From sequence record SRR20825019_1762: a stretch of DNA of 64,000 nt; one strand, given 5' to 3'. Positions within the stretch are counted from its first letter, which is position 1, and every line of letters begins with the position of its first letter. Position numbers and translations under genes: made by a program. This document shows, piece after piece, positions 1 through 11,696 of this stretch. The notes beneath the pieces are model-generated. The model was not told the origin of the DNA and did no database searches. It saw only the letters and a program-made list of their open reading frames with translations.

Positions 1-227
1 AAATTTTCCGTTTTTGGTGGTATCAACCATACGGGGCATCCAGCTTGACAAGAGTATCAAAAATACAGATAAATGCCGATTCTCTAAGATAAAGCTTGTG
101 ATGGTTCGATAAATTTGTTTTAAGTGGTTACCATATCCATCCCATCCACAATTTGGCCATCCCTTTAAAAAGGCAATTCCAATATGGGTGTATCTTCACT
201 TACTAACTCAAAAAAAAAAATAAAATT

Positions 228-347
228 ATGCTTGAAAAAATAGCAGTAAAGGATATACATACCGGCCTAGGCCGGATTCACTCCATTCGCTCTTTGGTTA
301 CTGACCAAGTTATCCATAAAATGAAGATCGATAATTTAGCACAGTGA
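228..347 (+). CDS. Possible 39-aa small ORF (MLEKIAVKDIHTGLGRIHSIRSLVTDQVIHKMKIDNLAQ), unknown function
   Basis: ATG at 228 follows an A-rich Bacteroidota-type leader (ACTAACTC-A11-TAAAATT); TGA at 345-347. No recognised motif. Confidence 0.25.
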   Translation: MLEKIAVKDIHTGLGRIHSIRSLVTDQVIHKMKIDNLAQ

Positions 348-505
348 CAAACTTTTTGGAATCAACTTTAATGGTTTTTAACTAAAAATCTAATCTAAAG
401 GATTTGGGAGACTTTCAGCTCTAAACTTAATTAAGATTGCTTAGACATGAATATTTTATTTGAGTATTGGTTAAAAGTTCGCTTGTCCACAAAGATAGAC
501 CCTTT

Positions 506-2968
506 TTATTTCTTTAAGCTAAAGGTATAAATCTTCCCTTTTTCTGTTTCTATATCGTATAATGATGTTTCGGGTAATATTAATTCTTCAATAGAAGAAT
601 TCTCAGATATTATTGGGTCTGCCACTTTACTACAAGTGAAGAACTTATTCCGATTTTCCCCTTGTGCTATTTTTAACTTTCCCGTTCCGATATACTCAAT
701 TTCATTGGGGACCCTGAGCCGTAAATTGCCTCCTAAATTTGATTTTATTGAAGCGGCCACGAGTTTCTTGTTTTCCCATTCCATAGCTACCACTTCAAAT
801 CCTCCTCTGGTCCTTAATCCACCTACGTATCCGGCATCAAGTGCGTCGGGAACTGCTGGTAGCAGATGGACACTACCGTCCGAACTTTGCAATAGCATTT
901 CAGCAATTCCAGCGGTACATCCAAAGTTCCCATCGATTTGGAATGGAGGATGCGCATCGAACAAGTTGTTATAGGTTCCTCCCCCTCCTTGATTGATTCC
1001 TACAGGGGTCAATTGGTCTATGATTAATTTATAGGCGTGATTGCCATCCTGCATTTTGGCCCACCAATTTACCTTCCAGCCCATACTCCATCCCGTAGAA
1101 ATATCCCCTCTCTGCAGCAAGGTGTTCCTTGCAGCGGCAAAAAGTTTCGGTGTGCGATATGGAGAAACCTGATTGGACGGAAAAAGACCGTACAAATGGG
1201 AAATATGGCGATGATTGTCCTCTGGTGAGTCCACGTCGTCCAACCATTCCTGCAATTGGTTGTGCTTGCCAATCTGCATTGGGGGCAATTTGCTTCTCAA
1301 CACTTTTAGCGAGTCTACGAAAGCGCTTTCCTTTCCCAAAACTTCCGTAGCTTGAATATAGGTGTTGAATACATCGAAAACCAATTGGTTGTCCATGGTA
1401 GATCCGGCGGTTATGGACGAACCTTGATGTGCTTCTGGGGCATTTTCGGGAGAATTTCCAGGAGCTATGACCAAATATGGGTACTTGGGGTGCTGCACCA
1501 GAAAATCTGCATAAAACTCAGCGGCTCCTTTAAAGATGGGGAGAGATGTTTTTAAGAAAGTGGTATCCCCAGTGTATAAATAGTGCTCCCAAAGATGCTG
1601 ACTCGCCCAGGCTCCCCCACCGTTCCAGATACCCCAAAAGGCACCATCAATGGGTCCGGTAATCCTCCAAATATCAGTGTTGTGGTGTGCCATCCAGCCC
1701 CGTGTACCGTACATGGTCTTGGCTGTTTCCTGACCAGTTTCAGAGAGTTCTTTAACCATTTTTAGAAAGGGCTCGTGAAGTTCGGAGAGATTGGTCCGCT
1801 CTGCAGGCCAATAGTTCATTTCCGCATTGATGTTGATGGTGTATTTACTGTCCCATGCGGGATTCATACTTTGGTTCCATATACCTTGAAGGTTTGCAGG
1901 TTGCCCACCCGGTTGGGATGAGGATATGAGCAAATATCTCCCATATTGAAAGTATAATGCAACAAATGATGGGTCCTCCGTATTCCTGAAATTGGCCAGA
2001 CGTTCATCCGTGGGCTGCTTTGAAGCTTCCGTTTCCCCGAAGTCCAAAACGACTCTGTTGAACAATTCTTGGTATCTTTTTATGTGGTCGGATATTAGGA
2101 CTTTATAATCTTTATCAATACCCGCATCCAAAAATCCTCTTGCACGTAGCACTTCATCACCGCTCAAATCTTGGTAGGAGTTGAAATTGCTGGCAATCGA
2201 AACCATCAAAATGGCTTCGTCCGCATGTTCCACCGTAATTGAGGTATCTGCTTGGGTTATCCTTCCATTTTGGGCCTTTAGTCCCATTAGGGCATTGAAT
2301 TCCACTTTGCCCTCAATACCTTCGTGATCGCTGGTTCTGCCCCAAAGAGAGATTTGGTTACCTGGCTTGGTCTCTATTCTTGAATTGGCGTGGGGAGTGG
2401 TGAAATTGGCGGTAAAGTCAATTTTACCTGGCTTGCTGGCAGTAACGCGAATGACCAAAAGTCTATCGGTCAACGATACAAAAGATTCTCTCGTAAAGGT
2501 AACACCATTGATTTTATAAGAGATTTTACTAATCGCATTGCTGATATCCAACTCTCTGTAATAGTCTTGATAGTCTGTATGGTTGGGAAAGGATAGTTCC
2601 AGATTTCCTACAGGTTGAAACATTTGGCCATGCGATTTTTTGGTAATGATCTTATCGTTCGCCAATTTTTCTGCTGCTTTATATTTCCCATTAAAAATGA
2701 GTTCCCGGACTTTGGGAAGGGCCTCAAGTGCATTTGGATTGTCATTTCTATTGGGGCTTCCGCTCCAAACCGTATGTTCGTTGAGCTGGAATATTTCTGT
2801 GTCCACATTACCATATACCATTGCCCCCAAACGACCATTGCCCAAAGGCAGCGCATTTTCCCACGTATCTCCTGAGGGCTCGTCATACCAAAGTTTTAAG
2901 TCATCTGAATGCTGTCCAAAAAATGAAATTGGAAAACAGAAGACAATCAAATAAAATGACCATTTCAT
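506..2968 (-). CDS. GH95 alpha-L-fucosidase / alpha-L-galactosidase, secreted
   Basis: 820 aa; ALPLGNGRLGAMV, QYGRYLLISSS, NLQGIWN, WDSKYTININAEMNYW, HRHISHL, HPPFQIDGNFG; signal peptide followed by Gln. Confidence 0.95.
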   Translation of the reverse strand: MKWSFYLIVFCFPISFFGQHSDDLKLWYDEPSGDTWENALPLGNGRLGAMVYGNVDTEIFQLNEHTVWSGSPNRNDNPNALEALPKVRELIFNGKYKAAEKLANDKIITKKSHGQMFQPVGNLELSFPNHTDYQDYYRELDISNAISKISYKINGVTFTRESFVSLTDRLLVIRVTASKPGKIDFTANFTTPHANSRIETKPGNQISLWGRTSDHEGIEGKVEFNALMGLKAQNGRITQADTSITVEHADEAILMVSIASNFNSYQDLSGDEVLRARGFLDAGIDKDYKVLISDHIKRYQELFNRVVLDFGETEASKQPTDERLANFRNTEDPSFVALYFQYGRYLLISSSQPGGQPANLQGIWNQSMNPAWDSKYTININAEMNYWPAERTNLSELHEPFLKMVKELSETGQETAKTMYGTRGWMAHHNTDIWRITGPIDGAFWGIWNGGGAWASQHLWEHYLYTGDTTFLKTSLPIFKGAAEFYADFLVQHPKYPYLVIAPGNSPENAPEAHQGSSITAGSTMDNQLVFDVFNTYIQATEVLGKESAFVDSLKVLRSKLPPMQIGKHNQLQEWLDDVDSPEDNHRHISHLYGLFPSNQVSPYRTPKLFAAARNTLLQRGDISTGWSMGWKVNWWAKMQDGNHAYKLIIDQLTPVGINQGGGGTYNNLFDAHPPFQIDGNFGCTAGIAEMLLQSSDGSVHLLPAVPDALDAGYVGGLRTRGGFEVVAMEWENKKLVAASIKSNLGGNLRLRVPNEIEYIGTGKLKIAQGENRNKFFTCSKVADPIISENSSIEELILPETSLYDIETEKGKIYTFSLKK

Positions 2969-3334
2969 ATACTAACAATTAATTTTAAAACTGGCTACGG
3001 GTTCATGATTAAGGTATTCAATATACACATGTTATTCCTTGTGTAAAATAATAGTTGTGTTTAGTATACCAATACTTTTAGTTTTGGTATGAGGTAGTTC
3101 CTCTCGAACTAACTCTATTGTACTGATTCACGCTGGTTTTCAAGAATTTCTCCCAGATTCATTTCCAATGTGTTAAATAAACACTTATATTGGTGCCAGA
3201 AAACACGATATACAATTTACTCCAACGCTCAGATTGTCTTAATGACTTCATTATGCACAATGGAGATAATTGAACCGTATAGAACTATTTCATGACGACC
3301 AATAAATGATCAATTAGAATCTAAAAAGAATTAA

Positions 3335-4465
<1,131 letters not shown>

Positions 4466-4485
4466 ATCAGGCTAAAGAAAATACC

Positions 4486-5676
4486 ATGAAAATTGCAAGT
4501 TCGTTTAATGTCACCTTAGCATTTCTATTTGTATCAGCTCTCTGTTTTGGTCAACAGGCTAATGTAAACCTGGACTATAATCCGCAGGAGGATACCGAAG
4601 GACTTATACCCTTTAGTGCACCGATAAATTCTCCTGAAGTGCATAATAACCAAACTGTTACGTTTCAAGTGAAAGCACCTGAGGCCCAAAAAGTGGAATT
4701 GAATCCCGGAGCCATCAATACCGCTCTGGGCAAGGGTAGGGAACCTATCCCTTTTACAAAAGGAGAGGATGGGGTTTGGACATTGACCATTGGACCACTT
4801 CCTCCTGATATGTATGCTTACCATCTTCGGGTGGACGGCGTGCAAATGGCGGACCCCAACAATACGTATGCGGCATTTACGGCCATGCCTCCCTATAGTG
4901 AATTGATCGTGCATGGCGATGGGCCAGCGTACTATGATGCAAAAAACGTACCCCACGGAAATGTTACCCGTCACATTTATCATTCTGATGTAACTCAGGG
5001 CGAACGTGAACTGTATGTATACACACCGCCCGGCTACGATTCAAGTAAAAAGTATCCGGTACTCTATTTATTGGGGGGAAGTGGTGAACTGCCTTCGAAT
5101 TGGGTGTACGATGGCAGGGTGAATTTCATCATGGACAATCTTTTGGCGGAAAACAAAGCCAAGCCTATGATCATTGCTATTCCCAACAACCAAGTGATTC
5201 ATCGGAATCACCCACAGCATTCCGAGCTCACTTTCGACATTTTTGAAAAAGAACTCAGAAACCATGTTATACCCGTGGTTGATGAAAGTTACAGCACCAT
5301 CCAAAACCCTGAGGGAAGGGCAATATCAGGATTGTCTATGGGAGGTCGACATAGTATGTTTATAGGTTTCCGTTCGCTCGATTTATTTGCAAATTTTGGT
5401 ATTCTCAGTGCCGGGGATACGGATGCTGAGACCTCGTTGTCCCACTTTTTGAACGATTCCGAAGTAAACAACAAGGTAGACTATCTTTTTGTGGGGCAGG
5501 GCACCAAGGAAGCCGAAGGTTTTTTCAACGCAAGGGTCCAGGGTCTTGTCGGTGCATTAAATAAGCATGATATAGAACACGAATACTATGTAGGTGGTAA
5601 CGGTGGGCATGACTGGTCCACTTGGCGTCATCTGTTGTATTATCGATTCTTGCCCAATCTTTGGCAGAACAATTAA
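4486..5676 (+). CDS. CBM48-CE1 esterase
   Basis: Signal peptide; VTFQVKAPEA...DGVWT...DPNN CBM48-like domain; YPVLYLL, GLSMGG, GGHDW. Confidence 0.9.
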   Translation: MKIASSFNVTLAFLFVSALCFGQQANVNLDYNPQEDTEGLIPFSAPINSPEVHNNQTVTFQVKAPEAQKVELNPGAINTALGKGREPIPFTKGEDGVWTLTIGPLPPDMYAYHLRVDGVQMADPNNTYAAFTAMPPYSELIVHGDGPAYYDAKNVPHGNVTRHIYHSDVTQGERELYVYTPPGYDSSKKYPVLYLLGGSGELPSNWVYDGRVNFIMDNLLAENKAKPMIIAIPNNQVIHRNHPQHSELTFDIFEKELRNHVIPVVDESYSTIQNPEGRAISGLSMGGRHSMFIGFRSLDLFANFGILSAGDTDAETSLSHFLNDSEVNNKVDYLFVGQGTKEAEGFFNARVQGLVGALNKHDIEHEYYVGGNGGHDWSTWRHLLYYRFLPNLWQNN

Positions 5677-5687
5677 ATCGTATTTAA

Positions 5688-7250
5688 ATGAAAAATAGAA
5701 GCTTACTCCTAGTTGCAATCACACTGATTTTTTTCAGTTCCTGTGCAGAACAAAAGCAGGAACCGGGTCTGGTAAAGACTACCAACGGAATGGTACAAGG
5801 TTCGGTTGAAGGTGATCTGACCGTTTTCAAAGGAATTCCCTTTGCCGCACCTCCGGTGGGAAACCTTCGGTGGAAGGCCCCACAGCCCATAGAACCTTGG
5901 GACGGTGTAAAAAAGACCACCGAATTTGGACCTGCCCCCATGCAGGGCGGCAATCCGCCTTCAGGAAAAAGCGAGGACTGTCTTTATCTAAATATCTGGA
6001 GTCCTGCAAAATCCATGGACGAAAAAATCCCGGTTTTGGTCTGGATTTATGGGGGTGGATTTAGCTTCGGTTCCACCTCAGAGCCAGTTTATGATGGCAC
6101 AAACCTCGCCAAAAAAGGAGTCATTTTGGTCAGCATACCCTATCGTGTGGGTCAATTGGGCTTTTTGGCCCATCCAGAACTCAGTGCAGAAAATCCCAAT
6201 AATGTTTCAGGAAACTACGGATTGATGGACATGATTGCCGGTTTGCAATGGATTCAGGAAAATATTGCTGCTTTTGGGGGTGACCCGGACAAAGTGGCCA
6301 TCTTTGGTGAATCAGCGGGTGGCATTGCGGTAAGCATGCTCTGTGCCTCTCCCTTGGCCAAAGGGCTGTTTCAGGGTGCTATTTCCCAAAGTGGTGGCTC
6401 TTTTGGACCGTCAAGGCCAACTACATTTCCCGGTGAAAATATGAAAACCCTTGAAGTTGCCGAACAAGACGGGGTCAGCTATGCCGAAAACGCGGGTGCC
6501 TCAACGTTGGAAGAATTGCGGGACATCCCGGCGGAAAAATTGCCTATGGGCATGGGTATGGGCGGCGGATGGCCCATTGTTGATGGTTACGTGATTCCTG
6601 ATGACCAGTTTACGCTGTATGAATCAGGAAAGTATAATGACGTTCCCGTGTTGATTGGCTATAATTCTGATGAAGGTGCCAGTTTCTCTCTGGAAAAAGA
6701 CCCCGAAAAACATACAGAAAGTGTACATCTCCGTTATGGTCCGTATGCCGATTCGCTGTTGGCGGCTTATCCCTTGGAAGATAATGAAGTGACCAAAACG
6801 GCCCGTGACTTGGCCCGTGATGCCGCTTTTGGATGGCAGACATGGAGCTGGGCAAGGCTTCAGGCCAAAACCGGGGATTCCAAGGTGTTCTATTATTATT
6901 TTGACCAGCACCCAGACTACCCCGAAGATTCACCCAAGTATGGATATGGTTCTCCGCACGGCCAAGAAGTGGCATACGTCTTCCTTAATCTTAACAATCC
7001 TGATTTAAGTGAAACGGATACGCAAATTTCAGAAGCTATGGGCGCCTATTGGACCAATTTTGCCAAATACGGGGACCCCAATGGTGAGGGAATGCCCAAT
7101 TGGCCTGCCTTCAACAATGAGACCAAACAAGTCATGTATTTTCAACAAGAACCAAAGGTTGGTGGAGTGCCAAGCGAGGCTGCTTTGGAAGTGCTTGACC
7201 ACTATTTTGAATGGCGGCGAACCCCTGAAGGAAAGGAGTGGGCCCAGTAA
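5688..7250 (+). CDS. Type-B carboxylesterase (COesterase/PnbA-like), lipoprotein
   Basis: FKGIPFAAPPVGNLRW, SEDCLYLNIW, WIYGGGF, FGESAG nucleophile; lipobox FSSC. Confidence 0.93.
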   Translation: MKNRSLLLVAITLIFFSSCAEQKQEPGLVKTTNGMVQGSVEGDLTVFKGIPFAAPPVGNLRWKAPQPIEPWDGVKKTTEFGPAPMQGGNPPSGKSEDCLYLNIWSPAKSMDEKIPVLVWIYGGGFSFGSTSEPVYDGTNLAKKGVILVSIPYRVGQLGFLAHPELSAENPNNVSGNYGLMDMIAGLQWIQENIAAFGGDPDKVAIFGESAGGIAVSMLCASPLAKGLFQGAISQSGGSFGPSRPTTFPGENMKTLEVAEQDGVSYAENAGASTLEELRDIPAEKLPMGMGMGGGWPIVDGYVIPDDQFTLYESGKYNDVPVLIGYNSDEGASFSLEKDPEKHTESVHLRYGPYADSLLAAYPLEDNEVTKTARDLARDAAFGWQTWSWARLQAKTGDSKVFYYYFDQHPDYPEDSPKYGYGSPHGQEVAYVFLNLNNPDLSETDTQISEAMGAYWTNFAKYGDPNGEGMPNWPAFNNETKQVMYFQQEPKVGGVPSEAALEVLDHYFEWRRTPEGKEWAQ

Positions 7251-7253
7251 AAA

Positions 7254-9650
7254 ATGTATATGATTAAGAATAGGTTACCCTCGATTTCAACTCTTTTTTT
7301 GAGCCTTTTATTTTTTTGTAATGGGCATGCACAAGAAAAACTATATCCCAACACATTTGACTTAAATCAAATAACTCTACTCGAAGGACCATTTAAAACA
7401 GCTAGGGATTTAAATATTGAGGTGCTTTTGCAATATGATATGGACCGATTGTTGGCCCCTTATCGTAAAGAGGCTGGATTGGAACCGAAGGCTCCTGCCT
7501 ATCCCAATTGGGAGGGGTTGGATGGTCACGTTGGGGGGCATTATCTGTCTGCAATGGCCATGAACTATGCGGCTACGGGAAATGAAGAATGCAAACGACG
7601 CATGGACTATATGGTTGAAGAACTCAAGCTCTGTCAACAAGCCAATGCCAAAAACAATCCGGAGTGGGGTGTGGGTTATGCGGGCGGTTTTCCCAATAGC
7701 GATAAGTTGTGGTCCACGTTTAAAAAAGGCGACTTTAGTATTTATTTTTCATCATGGGCACCGTGGTACAATTTGCACAAAACCTATGCTGGACTAAGGG
7801 ATGCATGGCTTTATGGTGACAATGAGGAGGCAAAGGCCATTTTCTTGAATTTCTGTGATTGGGGTATCGGCCTCACTTCTAAACTTACAGATGAACAAAT
7901 TCAAGAAATGTTGGATATGGAGCACGGTGGTATCAATGAAAGCTATGTGGATGCCTATCAAATTAGTGGTGACAAGAAGTATTTGGAGGCCGCCAAACGA
8001 TTTTCCCACAACGACTTGTTGGACCCGCTTTCAAAGGGAATCGACAATTTGGACAATATGCATGCCAATACCCAGATTCCCAAATTTGTGGGGTTTGAGC
8101 GCATTGCGGAACTGGAAGATGCACAAAACTATGGTGATGCAAGTACATTTTTTTGGGAAACCGTGGTCAATAATCGCACCTTGGCCTTTGGTGGAAACAG
8201 CAGAAAGGAGCACTTTGCCAGTGTGGCCTCCAGTATTGATTATGTGAACAATATTGATGGTCCTGAGACCTGCAATACATACAATATGTTGAAGTTGACC
8301 GAGGACCTTTTCAGAATGCATCCCGAGGCCAAATATGTGGATTATTATGAAAAAGCCCTGTACAACCACATCCTCTCTACACAACATCCGGTGCATGGGG
8401 GGTATATATACTTTACTTCTGCCAGGCCCCGTCATTATCGGGTGTATTCCGCACCCAATGAAGCCATGTGGTGCTGTGTGGGAACGGGCATGGAAAATCA
8501 TGGCAAATACAATCAGTTTATTTATACAAAAGCCAAAGATTCCTTATTCCTTAACCTTTTTGTGCCTTCAGAACTGGATTGGGAAGAAAAGGGAATACAA
8601 GTGAAACAGGAAACGGATTTTCCTTACGCTGAAACCTCCAAAGTGACCATCACCGAAGGAAATTCAGAATTTGAACTATTGTTGCGCTATCCGAATTGGG
8701 TGGCAAAGGGAGCATTTTCAATAACGATCAATGGCAAAACCTTTGCCCATTCAGAAACCCCATCGTCCTATGTTTCTATCAACAGAAAATGGAAAAAGGG
8801 TGATGTTGTGGAGGTTTCATTTCCAATGACCAACCATATTGAACATCTGCCCAATGTGCCCCAATACATTGCATTTTTCCACGGACCCATTTTGCTCGGG
8901 GCAAAAACAGGAACGGAGGATTTGGAAGGACTCATTGCGGATGACAGTCGATTTGGACAATATGCCAGCGGAGAACAGCTTCCAGTGGACAAGGCTCCCA
9001 TACTTATTGATGATAATTTGGAAACCATTGCGGACAAACTAAATCCAATCCAAGGAAAGCCTCTTCACTATACTTTGAATGTGAAAATGGTCAATCCCAA
9101 AAACCTGGAATTAGAACCTTTTTATCAAATTCATGATGCCCGATATATGATGTATTGGCTGGCCCTATCGGAATCAGGATACAAGGGCTATTTGGATTCA
9201 TTGTCCAATATAGAGAAGAAAAAACTCGATTTGGAACGGAGGACGGTTGATTATGTGGCCACAGGAGAGCAACAGCCAGAATCTGACCATTACATGGAAG
9301 AAACCCACTCCAATTCGGGCAACTCTAATGATGATTTTTGGCGAGAGGCCAGCGATGAAGGATATTTTAGCTATAAAATGGCCACGGGTTCAGAATCCAA
9401 TCTAAACCTATTGGTGCGCTACTGGGGATTCGAATGGGGCCAACGAAAGTTTGACATCTATGTCGATAATGAAAAGTTGGCCACAGTGGACAATACCAAA
9501 AAATACAATATCAGTCAATTCAAACAAGAGACGTATCCCATTCCTGAATCACTTTTAAAAGAAAAAGAATTTGTCCGTGTAAAATTTGTGGCTCACCCCA
9601 ACAGTTCGTCCAGCGCGGTGTATGACGTACGCTTGGTAAGGCCAAATTAA
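7254..9650 (+). CDS. GH146/GH127-type beta-L-arabinofuranosidase
   Basis: 798 aa; GHVGGHYLSA, HANTQIPK, ETCNTYNMLKL, WCCVGTG Cys/Zn motif; signal peptide GHA|Q. Confidence 0.88.
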   Translation: MYMIKNRLPSISTLFLSLLFFCNGHAQEKLYPNTFDLNQITLLEGPFKTARDLNIEVLLQYDMDRLLAPYRKEAGLEPKAPAYPNWEGLDGHVGGHYLSAMAMNYAATGNEECKRRMDYMVEELKLCQQANAKNNPEWGVGYAGGFPNSDKLWSTFKKGDFSIYFSSWAPWYNLHKTYAGLRDAWLYGDNEEAKAIFLNFCDWGIGLTSKLTDEQIQEMLDMEHGGINESYVDAYQISGDKKYLEAAKRFSHNDLLDPLSKGIDNLDNMHANTQIPKFVGFERIAELEDAQNYGDASTFFWETVVNNRTLAFGGNSRKEHFASVASSIDYVNNIDGPETCNTYNMLKLTEDLFRMHPEAKYVDYYEKALYNHILSTQHPVHGGYIYFTSARPRHYRVYSAPNEAMWCCVGTGMENHGKYNQFIYTKAKDSLFLNLFVPSELDWEEKGIQVKQETDFPYAETSKVTITEGNSEFELLLRYPNWVAKGAFSITINGKTFAHSETPSSYVSINRKWKKGDVVEVSFPMTNHIEHLPNVPQYIAFFHGPILLGAKTGTEDLEGLIADDSRFGQYASGEQLPVDKAPILIDDNLETIADKLNPIQGKPLHYTLNVKMVNPKNLELEPFYQIHDARYMMYWLALSESGYKGYLDSLSNIEKKKLDLERRTVDYVATGEQQPESDHYMEETHSNSGNSNDDFWREASDEGYFSYKMATGSESNLNLLVRYWGFEWGQRKFDIYVDNEKLATVDNTKKYNISQFKQETYPIPESLLKEKEFVRVKFVAHPNSSSSAVYDVRLVRPN

Positions 9651-9661
9651 GTAGAAACAAT

Positions 9662-11650
9662 ATGAAATTAAATGAACATCTTCGAAACCACAGAACCGTT
9701 TTTATACTGTTGTTCATTCTCATTTGCTTATGGGGTACCGCTCTGGAGGCTCAAGTGCCCAGTGGTGGTAAAAAAATAAGCGATGAATTGTTGGGCCTCT
9801 TTTTTGAGGATATCAACTATGCGGCTGATGGCGGACTGTATGCCGAAATGGTTCAAAATAGGTCCTTTGAATACGACCCTACCGAACAACAGGGATGGAA
9901 TCCATTTTCATTTTGGGAATATATGGAACCGGGGTATTCCTACGGGAGAATCGGCGTGGAGACCTCAGACCCCGTCCATGAAAACAACCCACATTATATG
10001 GTGGTCGATGCGGAATTTATTGGTAATTACGAAGAACACGAAGGACAATCAGGAGTGGGAATCAAAAATTTGGGCTTCGATGGAATGGTGGTCAAGGCTG
10101 GTGACATCTATAATTTCTCTGTGTTTCTGAAACAATTGAGCAATGCCCCCGTAACCTTGGATATTAGTTTGCAGGGCACTGACGGCACCGTTTTGGCCGA
10201 AAACAAAATTCAGAGTACTTCCAAGGATTGGAAAAAATACACCACAAATTTGGTGCCTTCCCAAAGCAGGGACACCACCCACCTGGTCATCTTGGCCACC
10301 ACCAAAGGCAAATTTGCCATGGATGTGGTTTCACTTTTCCCTGAAAAGACCTTTAAAAATCGTCCCAACGGATTACGGTTGGATATGGCCCAACTTTTAG
10401 CGGATATGGAACCCAAGTTTATCCGGTTTCCTGGAGGGTGTCTAGTACACGGTGATGGTTTGCACAATATGTATCGATGGAAAAATACCATTGGACCCAT
10501 TGAACAGCGAGTGGAACAGCGCAATATCTGGGGGTACCATCAAACAGCCGGTTTGGGATATTTTGAATATTTCCAGTTCTGTGAGGACATCGGTGCAAAG
10601 CCTGTACCCGTGGTTCCTGCAGGTGTGAGTTGCCAGAATTCCGGAGGCACATGGAGAATTGGGGGAAAGGGACAACAGGCACTTCCCATGGATGAGATGA
10701 ATGAGTATATTCAGGAAGTATTGGATTTGATTGAATGGGCAAATGGGCCGGCCACCTCTGAATGGGGCAGCAAGCGGGCAGCCGCAGGTCACCCCGAACC
10801 CTTCAACCTGGAATATGTCGGCATTGGGAATGAAGACAAAATGACTCCAGAATTTGAGGAACGATTTACCATGCTCTACCAAGCCGTAAAGCAAAAACAT
10901 CCAGAAATTACGGTCATTGGTACCGTAGGTCCATTTTTGGATGGGGAAGATTTTGAAAAGGGATGGGAAATAAGCAACAAATTGAAGCTTCCCATGGTGG
11001 ATGAACACTATTATATTGAACCTGACTGGTATTTGGGCAACCAAGAGCGGTATGACACATATGATAGAAAGAAAGCCCAGGTGTATTTGGGTGAATATGC
11101 ATCCTGGGGCAACAAACTCTATAATGCCATAGCAGAAGCGGTCCATCTAACGGCCATTGAAAGAAACGGTGATGTGGTCAAAATGGCTTCCTATGCACCC
11201 TTGTTGGCCAAAAAAGGACATACCCAATGGTCAACCGATATGGTGTTTTTTGATAATACCACCTTGTGCCCGACCCCCAATTTTTATGTCCAAAAGCTCT
11301 TTATGAAAAATAGTGGCGATCATTACTATGAAAATGTCGTCAACTTTTCAAAGAAGGATACCACATTGGCGGCTTCCACAGTGATGGATAGCAATACAGG
11401 AGATGTTATCCTAAAAATGGTCAATGCGGGAAAGGCGCCAAAAAATATGGAGGTAAACCTTTCCAAATTTAAGAATAGGGTTTCCAAAGCAACATTGACC
11501 GTGCTTACAGGAGATCCTGAAGCTGAAAACACTTTCGACAACCCAGACAATGTCGTTCCGGTCACAGAGGAGTACAGTGTGGACAAAAAATTCATGTATT
11601 CCGCACCTGCAATGTCATTGAGCGTCATCAGAATTAAGACAAAAACATAA
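9662..11650 (+). CDS. GH51 alpha-L-arabinofuranosidase
   Basis: FFEDINYAADGGLYAE, RFPGGC, GIGNE acid/base, LGEYA nucleophile, MASYAPLL. Confidence 0.93.
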   Translation: MKLNEHLRNHRTVFILLFILICLWGTALEAQVPSGGKKISDELLGLFFEDINYAADGGLYAEMVQNRSFEYDPTEQQGWNPFSFWEYMEPGYSYGRIGVETSDPVHENNPHYMVVDAEFIGNYEEHEGQSGVGIKNLGFDGMVVKAGDIYNFSVFLKQLSNAPVTLDISLQGTDGTVLAENKIQSTSKDWKKYTTNLVPSQSRDTTHLVILATTKGKFAMDVVSLFPEKTFKNRPNGLRLDMAQLLADMEPKFIRFPGGCLVHGDGLHNMYRWKNTIGPIEQRVEQRNIWGYHQTAGLGYFEYFQFCEDIGAKPVPVVPAGVSCQNSGGTWRIGGKGQQALPMDEMNEYIQEVLDLIEWANGPATSEWGSKRAAAGHPEPFNLEYVGIGNEDKMTPEFEERFTMLYQAVKQKHPEITVIGTVGPFLDGEDFEKGWEISNKLKLPMVDEHYYIEPDWYLGNQERYDTYDRKKAQVYLGEYASWGNKLYNAIAEAVHLTAIERNGDVVKMASYAPLLAKKGHTQWSTDMVFFDNTTLCPTPNFYVQKLFMKNSGDHYYENVVNFSKKDTTLAASTVMDSNTGDVILKMVNAGKAPKNMEVNLSKFKNRVSKATLTVLTGDPEAENTFDNPDNVVPVTEEYSVDKKFMYSAPAMSLSVIRIKTKT

Positions 11651-11696
11651 GTTCAAGAAGCAAAACTTACAACAACAGCAGCAATACTAAATCAGC

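Noticed and set aside
1-200. Partial gene at the left edge
   Set aside because: Open stretches exist on both strands but carry no recognisable motif; not resolvable without the upstream sequence.
3066-3090. Inverted repeat ATACCAA-N11-TTGGTAT in the GH95/esterase divergent region
   Set aside because: Short arms, single occurrence and AT-rich context; too weak to call an operator.
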